Origin: Candidatus Omnitrophota bacterium
Lineage (GTDB): Bacteria > Omnitrophota > Gorgyraeia > Aquiviventales > Aquiviventaceae
DNA: 64,000 bases
Direction: 5' to 3'
Assembly: GCA_023247275.1 (NCBI GenBank)
Contig: JAHFGT010000001.1
Coordinates: forward strand, 6,265 to 70,264
How positions within the stretch are numbered: position 1 is the stretch's first letter; each line of letters opens with the position of its first letter. Below are positions 58,524 through 64,000 of the stretch, piece by piece. The translations under genes and the position numbers were made by a program. Below the pieces are notes generated by a model. The model was not told the DNA's origin, ran no database searches, and saw nothing but the letters and a program-made list of their open reading frames with translations.

Positions 58524-59725
58524 CACGTGATCCGCTTGATTGACATATCCTGTCCCGGCAATAGAGCGACCAGTAGCGGGACGTGCCGATGGAGAGGGCG
58601 AAGATTGACTCGGCGACGTGGCGACACCGGGCTGGCAGGGTCGGGTCGGCCCAGAGCGATTCGAGCTGATCCAGCGCCGCGTCATAGGCCGCGCTAGTGC
58701 AGGAGCGCAAGACCACGCCAACGTTGTTGGATTCAATGATGGCGCGGATATCACCGACCTGGTCGGTCGCAATGACCGGCAGGCCGGTGGCGAAGTACTC
58801 GCCCAACTTGGTCGGGCACACCCCCTGCCATGAGGTGCCGGACTTGATCAGTGACAAGCCGACATGGGCTTGGCCAAGCCACGAGGGGATCTGTTCTGGG
58901 GAAACGGTGTGGATCGTCACCGCCCGAGCAGCCGGCGACCGGCGCAACGGTTGTTTGGCTTCCTCTATATCACGGGTCAGGATGATGAACCTGGCCTCTG
59001 GAAACCGATGCAACGCTCGCTCGAACAACTGGGCCATCTCGTCCATCAAATACCAGGTGCCCAGCGAGCCGGTATAGAGGAATACCGGGGCTGAAACAGG
59101 CGGAAACCGCCTCGGGACCAGCGCAAACCGATCCAGATCCACGCAGGTGGGGATCACCGTCACGCGCGGGGTTGAAAGACCTGGCCACTGTTCAACCACC
59201 TCGCGGGCCGCATCGCTGAGCGTGACAATCTCATCCGCATCAGCCAGCAGCTGATGCTCAAGCCGCTTGGCTAGTCGGTACAGCCGGCTAGTGGATGGCC
59301 ATTGGCCTGAATCCACACGACCATCCGCCCAAAACCCCCGCATGTCGAAGATCATCCGGACCTTGCACAGTCGTTTCAAGCACCACGCCATCGTGGCTGG
59401 GATGTAGCTTCTGGCATGCACGAGCTCAATGGACGCTCGCGTGACGACCCGCCAGCCGACGATAATCCCGATGACCAGATCATACGTCGTGGCCAACAGC
59501 GACGGGCGCTTATGATACGTCAGCGGGATCCACTGGATCCCGCTGCGCGCCAGGCTAGCGTGAGCGGATTGGTAGAGGTCGACTTGCCGTCGATCAGCAG
59601 GCTTCTCAAACGAGATCAACGTGATCCGAGCGCCCTGGGCGGCGAGCTCGCGCACATACGGCTGCACCTGCGACTGGCCCAACGGTTCGAGCAGCCCGTC
59701 GTACGTGATATACAGCACGCGCGGG
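58486..59725 (-). CDS. Family-4 (GT-B) glycosyltransferase
   Basis: VLYITYDGLLEPLGQSQV N-terminus and C-terminal GT1 motifs. The maximal ORF extends to 59883 but its 5' part covers the terminator hairpin. A GTG start near 59725 is likely. Confidence 0.75.
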
Positions 59726-59763
59726 GTGTGCAGCGCAGTAGCGCTGGGTTGCTGCTGTGAAAT

Positions 59764-59794
59764 GACCGTCACTTCAAGGGCCGAAGTGACGGTC
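59764..59794 (-). terminator. Perfect 12-bp stem / 7-nt loop hairpin immediately after the methyltransferase stop codon
   Basis: GACCGTCACTTC-AAGGGCC-GAAGTGACGGTC. The stop codon (59793-59795) lies in the right arm. A third copy of GTCACTTC follows. There is no strong U-tract. Confidence 0.5.
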
Positions 59795-60587
59795 ACTTCG
59801 CGAGCGCCCATACGGGATTCTCCTGTGGGGATCGCGTCATCTCTGCTGGAGGGGTCGCGACCACGACGTACCGCCAACAGCACCAGCGGCCCAGCTGCAG
59901 CCTTAGGATCAGTTTGGACAGCAGCGTGTCGAGCGCTAGGACGAGTTGCTCAACCGCGCGAGCGTTCGGCACCAGCTCTGGGCCGATATACCCGCCGCTC
60001 AATGGCAATGCGATCACGTCCCGATACTCGACGCGCTCAATCGTCCATCCAGACCGATGCAACATGCGGCGCGCCTCATCCATCGGGAGGGCTTCACACG
60101 ATTCATGCCCCACTAACCGACGCGCCACGCGCAGCGCAGGCATCATGTTGGACTCGAACACGATCACTCGTCCACGAGTCAGCCGGGCCGCCTCAGCAAG
60201 CGCGCGATCAGATTCCAGGTGGTGCAGGCTGTCGCGGAACACTACCGTATCGAACGATTGGTCTGCGAACGGCAGCCGGTACGCATCGCCGACCACTACC
60301 GGGATGTCGCCTAGCACTTCCCTACCGGCCTGCAACCCTGCTTGGTCCATATCAACGCCGATCGCTGTCAGGCCGTGCGCACGCAACGAGCTGACCAATG
60401 CGCCATAACCGCAGCCGATCTCGAGCACTCGTGGCCCCTTGACCAGCGTGCGCAACTGCGCGTCCTGACACGCCACGACCCGGCCCCAGAACCGCTGAAG
60501 CCTTGCCGCGAGCTGCCGGTGTTCGGCCAGGCTCTGCGGACGTTGGTCACGATGCGCAGGGTGCGGGCGCGTGGGCGCGTGAGCCAT
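59793..60587 (-). CDS. Class I SAM-dependent methyltransferase
   Basis: RVLEIGCGYGALVSSLRAHGLTAIGVDMD. The maximal ORF extends to 60788. Confidence 0.75.
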   Translation of the reverse strand: MAHAPTRPHPAHRDQRPQSLAEHRQLAARLQRFWGRVVACQDAQLRTLVKGPRVLEIGCGYGALVSSLRAHGLTAIGVDMDQAGLQAGREVLGDIPVVVGDAYRLPFADQSFDTVVFRDSLHHLESDRALAEAARLTRGRVIVFESNMMPALRVARRLVGHESCEALPMDEARRMLHRSGWTIERVEYRDVIALPLSGGYIGPELVPNARAVEQLVLALDTLLSKLILRLQLGRWCCWRYVVVATPPAEMTRSPQENPVWALAK

Positions 60588-61539
60588 CAGATATCTCGTG
60601 CTGCCATGCGGAATCCCGATGCGCCGTTGCCAGCGCGCATGAGGTGACAAACAGATGGCTCTGAGCCAACTGCTCGAACATGCTCTTGAACAGCGCCAGC
60701 TTGCGTGCCACCGGCAACCGGATGCCGGGATGATGGTTGAGCCGAGGATCGATCTGATCCTGATCCGGCCCGAGGACGTCGACCGCATGCATCACAAACA
60801 CGATGTCTTCTGACCGCAGTTGCCGGAGCGCTGCGGCCGCGTACGCTGATCCCCAACTCAGGACTGCCGTGCCATAGAACGGCAACCGCGACATCGGCAG
60901 CGTCGCCACCGGGAGCTCTACCAGCGGTCTGGCCGGATCGACTCGCCACAACGACTGCGCCGCGGGACGGTATGGCTGTCGGGGCGCGCGCAGGAAACTC
61001 AGCCGACCCATCGTGCCATGCTCAGCCTGGCGACGCAGCCGGGTCCATATCTGCATCAACCGGATCGGGATGGATAGTGTCGTCGGAAACACCGAGGAAT
61101 CGTACCAGTAGCCGCGCGATTCCAACAAGGCTAACAACGGCTCGTCAACATCATACCCAGGATTACGAAACCCTACCGGCCGGTTTCCGGTCCAGGACAC
61201 GATCGCCTGCTCAGCGGCGATGAGTTCCTGCTCTTGCGCCTGAGGCGACCACCGGGTCATCCCATACGGATGCGTGTGGCTGTGGTTAGCGATCTCATGG
61301 CCGGCAGTAATCAGCTCGCGCAGCCACCGACCAGCCGACCCGCGCACCTCTGAGCCGACGACGAACACGGTCGCGCGGATCTTATGCTCGTTGAACAGCT
61401 CGATCAGCCGAGGAATCACCAGGTCGTAAAACGGCTCTGGTGCGTCGTCGGATGGATAGCCATAGTACCGCAGCAGCGTCGCAAATGAATCCATATCGAC
61501 CTGCACCGCGCACTGAGGCCGAACCGCACCAGCGGTCAT
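60547..61539 (-). CDS. Polysaccharide deacetylase-like (CE4) protein
   Basis: RATVFVVGSEV...GHEIANHSHTHP... Confidence 0.7.
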   Translation of the reverse strand: MTAGAVRPQCAVQVDMDSFATLLRYYGYPSDDAPEPFYDLVIPRLIELFNEHKIRATVFVVGSEVRGSAGRWLRELITAGHEIANHSHTHPYGMTRWSPQAQEQELIAAEQAIVSWTGNRPVGFRNPGYDVDEPLLALLESRGYWYDSSVFPTTLSIPIRLMQIWTRLRRQAEHGTMGRLSFLRAPRQPYRPAAQSLWRVDPARPLVELPVATLPMSRLPFYGTAVLSWGSAYAAAALRQLRSEDIVFVMHAVDVLGPDQDQIDPRLNHHPGIRLPVARKLALFKSMFEQLAQSHLFVTSCALATAHRDSAWQHEISDGSRAHAPAPCAS

Positions 61540-62207
61540 GTGGACTCCAGGTCTCGGACATACACAACCGAGTCGCCACCGAAGATTCGGATCGGCCCGG
61601 CCGGCGCAAATCCAAGATTGCGATAAAAGATGTTGGCCATCAGATTGTCAGCCCGGACCAACGCCCGCACCTGCTTGCCACGGTGGTCGCGCAGACAGTC
61701 AAGCGCGGCCTGACCCAGCGCCTGCGCGACCCGGATATTGGTGCGCTGCATGAACTGCAGCGACCGGTAGGCCGGGGCCACCGCCAGCGACAACATCTCG
61801 CTGGGCGCATCGTCTGGCATGGCCGGGGGATGGCTCAGGAAGGCGACCGCCTCACCGACAGCGCCCCATCGACTCGGCTTGAGAATCACCGTTGCGAGGA
61901 ACACGCCGACCAGCGCACCCCAATGGCGGCGGGCGACGGATTGGAACAAATGCGCCCAGTCGGTCGTCGCCGCGATGAACCCGGCCACCTGTCCGTCGTA
62001 CTCATACACCACACAGCAGGCCGTTGGCGATTCCGGAATGTAGCGATAGTAGAACCGCGCGAGAAACTCCTCTCCGAGCCGGGCGAGGATTCCTTCGCGC
62101 AACTCGTCGGCATGCAGCCGGGCTACGGCCGGAATATCCTCCGCGCGCAACGAACGGACGCATCCAACGCTCACGCGCGGCTGGTCAATGGATGCCACGA
62201 TCAGCAA
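61536..62207 (-). CDS. GNAT-family N-acyltransferase
   Basis: 223 aa with a GNAT core (VVYEYDGQVAGFIAAT...LAVAPAYRSLQ). Confidence 0.7.
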   Translation of the reverse strand: MLIVASIDQPRVSVGCVRSLRAEDIPAVARLHADELREGILARLGEEFLARFYYRYIPESPTACCVVYEYDGQVAGFIAATTDWAHLFQSVARRHWGALVGVFLATVILKPSRWGAVGEAVAFLSHPPAMPDDAPSEMLSLAVAPAYRSLQFMQRTNIRVAQALGQAALDCLRDHRGKQVRALVRADNLMANIFYRNLGFAPAGPIRIFGGDSVVYVRDLEST

Positions 62208-62424
62208 GGATCTCCTTAATCGCGCGGACGCTGACCATCTGCGACCACTCTTCCACGGTAAACTTCACACCGAACTGGAGCTCCAGCTCAGTGATCAGCG
62301 CCAAATGACCCAACGAATCCCACAGCGCCACCGTGCCTGGGGCAGCCTCGTCCGGGAGCTGCTCCACGTTGAACGCCTTGCAAAAAATCGCCTGCAGCCG
62401 CTCATCCGTCGTGACAGCCATCAC
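62185..62424 (-). CDS. Acyl carrier protein (phosphopantetheine-binding)
   Basis: 79 aa. The WDSLGHLALI motif is the canonical DSL serine attachment site. Confidence 0.8.
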   Translation of the reverse strand: MMAVTTDERLQAIFCKAFNVEQLPDEAAPGTVALWDSLGHLALITELELQFGVKFTVEEWSQMVSVRAIKEILADRGIH

Positions 62425-64000
62425 GCGATCGCCTCCACCGCAGCGTCGACTCGAATCAGTGGTTCCTCAGGCCATGGCCGGGCCAGATCGCGTTGCCACC
62501 GGATCGTTTCGCCCTTTTGTCCGGCCGGTTCAAACCCAGCCTGGGCAAACAATCCCTTGACCACGTGATTTTTTGCTGTCGGCGCATAGCGGCCGACCAA
62601 CACTGAGCCACCGGCTGCTTGCGCGGCTTGGCACAATGCGCCAAGAAACGCGAACTCGATCCGCCGACCCATCACCCGGCAGCTCATCAGCAGCGTGTCC
62701 AGCTCCCAGACGTCTGCCATCATCCGCACAATCGCCACACCAACCAGCCCAGCATCACCAAACCGATCCTGCACGCGAAGTGTGTACACACGCGCGGTTG
62801 AAGACTCGAGCAGGTCCTGGATGTCTCGCTGTTGATATCGCCGTGTGGTCAGATTGAACTGGTTCGTCTTCTGCGTCAGCTGCGCCACACGAGCCACCTC
62901 TGCGGGTTGCATACGCTGCACGCTGATGACGATCTCCAGTGACTTCAAGTAGTCTTCCAGCGTACATGTCTGGGCCTGGGTCTGTTGCCGAGCCTGTTCT
63001 GCCGCATACAGCTCAGCGCGGCGCTGATCCTCTTCTGTGGTCTGCAACCGCTCGAAATCGGTGAGCGAGCTCAGCGCGCTGGCATATTCCAATGGATCCG
63101 TCGGCCAGTCAGGGGTCAACACTTGTGGCAACAGGTGGCGCATCAGCTCGCGCTCAAACGGCTGGTCGTCGATGAAGACCAGGCTATCCAAGCCAAGGTT
63201 CAACTCTGCAGCCAGCGCCTGCATGTTGGTCGCCTTGTCCTGCCAATTGATCCGCATCGCGGCAACATGGTGTTCGCGCAGCACCATACCTGGGTGGCTG
63301 CGCAAGACGGCGAGCGCATCGGCCGGGTTGTTCTTACTGTTAATCGCCAACAGGATCCCCCGCGCTCGTAGGTCCAAGAGCGCCCGCTGGAACGCCACAT
63401 AGCCGGTGCCTGGTCCATCGTCGCCGAGGACCAGCGCGTCCGGCCCGTCCTCGCCTACGACCCCTCCCCAGAGGGTGTTGTCAAGGTCCACCACCACGCA
63501 TTTTCTGGTCAAACCTTTGTAGGCTTTGACGAACGCGAGCATCGCCCGAGCAAGGTGCCGCATGAACTCAGGGGCCCAGGGAATCTGCGCGACCGACTTC
63601 AGCCGCTCATCGCACATGCGCTGTTTGCCGAAAAAGGCGGCGAGCCGGTCCAGGTCGAGCACGCGCAGTTGCGGGTGCTGGGCACACCGCGTCGCCAGCA
63701 TGGCGTTGAGCTGTGTGGTCAGCGTCGCGGCCGGTGATGGATCAAGTCGGTACGGCTCATCGCTGGGCACGACAAGATTATGCCAGATGAGCAACCCCTT
63801 ACTGTGCCGAGTAAACGCGTCGCTCAGCTCATTGATCCGGGTGATGAGTGGTTCGCTCGCTGATCCGTCCGATGCGCCAGCCACGATCCCAGCCGCCGCT
63901 GCCGCGACCACCACCAGTTCAGGGGCGAAAGCGTACAGGCGCCCATTGGCATCGAGCAGCTCAGATTGAAATTGATTGTAGCCGCCGCACCAGATGTCGA
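62421..64000 (-). CDS. FkbH-like protein (HAD-IIIC phosphatase domain + C-terminal GNAT-like domain); N-terminus beyond window edge
   Basis: VVVDLDNTLWGGVVGEDG...ILLAINSKNN...LVFIDDQPFERE is the HAD-IIIC / FkbH signature. The reading frame continues open upstream of the listed Met to position 64000 (..DIWCGGYNQFQSELLDANGRLYAFAPELVVVAAAAAG..). Confidence 0.7.
   Translation of the reverse strand, partial: DIWCGGYNQFQSELLDANGRLYAFAPELVVVAAAAAGIVAGASDGSASEPLITRINELSDAFTRHSKGLLIWHNLVVPSDEPYRLDPSPAATLTTQLNAMLATRCAQHPQLRVLDLDRLAAFFGKQRMCDERLKSVAQIPWAPEFMRHLARAMLAFVKAYKGLTRKCVVVDLDNTLWGGVVGEDGPDALVLGDDGPGTGYVAFQRALLDLRARGILLAINSKNNPADALAVLRSHPGMVLREHHVAAMRINWQDKATNMQALAAELNLGLDSLVFIDDQPFERELMRHLLPQVLTPDWPTDPLEYASALSSLTDFERLQTTEEDQRRAELYAAEQARQQTQAQTCTLEDYLKSLEIVISVQRMQPAEVARVAQLTQKTNQFNLTTRRYQQRDIQDLLESSTARVYTLRVQDRFGDAGLVGVAIVRMMADVWELDTLLMSCRVMGRRIEFAFLGALCQAAQAAGGSVLVGRYAPTAKNHVVKGLFAQAGFEPAGQKGETIRWQRDLARPWPEEPLIRVDAAVEAIA

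Noticed and set aside
1-64000. CRISPR arrays, rRNA/tRNA genes, transposases or integrases
   Set aside because: I saw no direct-repeat/spacer periodicity, no tRNA-like cloverleaf regions and no RNase H-fold or tyrosine-recombinase motifs on reading both strands. The intergenic space is minimal.

Overview
This window is high-GC bacterial DNA (roughly 65% by eye). Almost every gene is on the minus strand and most adjacent genes overlap by 1-4 nt (ATGA or TGATG), so they are probably translationally coupled. The low-coordinate end, from the window start to about 9 kb, carries housekeeping genes. These are two tandem GalT/HIT-family uridylyltransferase paralogs, fmt, def, a TPR protein, priA, a fatty-acid hydroxylase, a family-4 uracil-DNA glycosylase and a MGDG-synthase-like glycolipid glycosyltransferase. 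From about 9 kb to the end of the window there is one continuous, minus-strand glycoconjugate (LPS/EPS-like) biosynthesis supercluster of at least 45 genes. It includes an ArnC/ArnT-like lipid-carrier module, many GT2/GT4/GT9 transferases, an O-antigen-ligase-like membrane protein and a WecA-like initiating transferase. It also includes KdsB, a NeuB + CMP-transferase + HAD + aminotransferase (nonulosonic-acid-like) set, three TagF-like large proteins, a radical-SAM/SPASM enzyme coupled to an MsbA-like ABC exporter, and seven SAM methyltransferases, three of them with N-terminal Cys4 zinc ribbons. Several fusion proteins stand out: a GT2-Zn-ADH fusion, a Trm112-ribbon-methyltransferase-DegT tri-domain protein and a GT-DUF218 fusion. 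The cluster runs off the edge with a FkbH-like + ACP + GNAT + CE4 acyl-decoration module. The only plus-strand genes are the TPR protein and a Phd/YefM-PIN toxin-antitoxin pair inserted between two GT4 genes. I saw no CRISPR array, rRNA, tRNA, transposase or integrase. Sequence-level signals are a near-consensus sigma70 promoter (TTGAGC-N16-TATAAT) giving a probably leaderless TPR transcript, a perfect 12-bp hairpin at about 59.78 kb, and a His-to-Arg change in the HxHxQ motif of one GalT paralog. All functional calls are from motif recognition by eye and no database search was possible. Coordinates read by hand may be off by 1.
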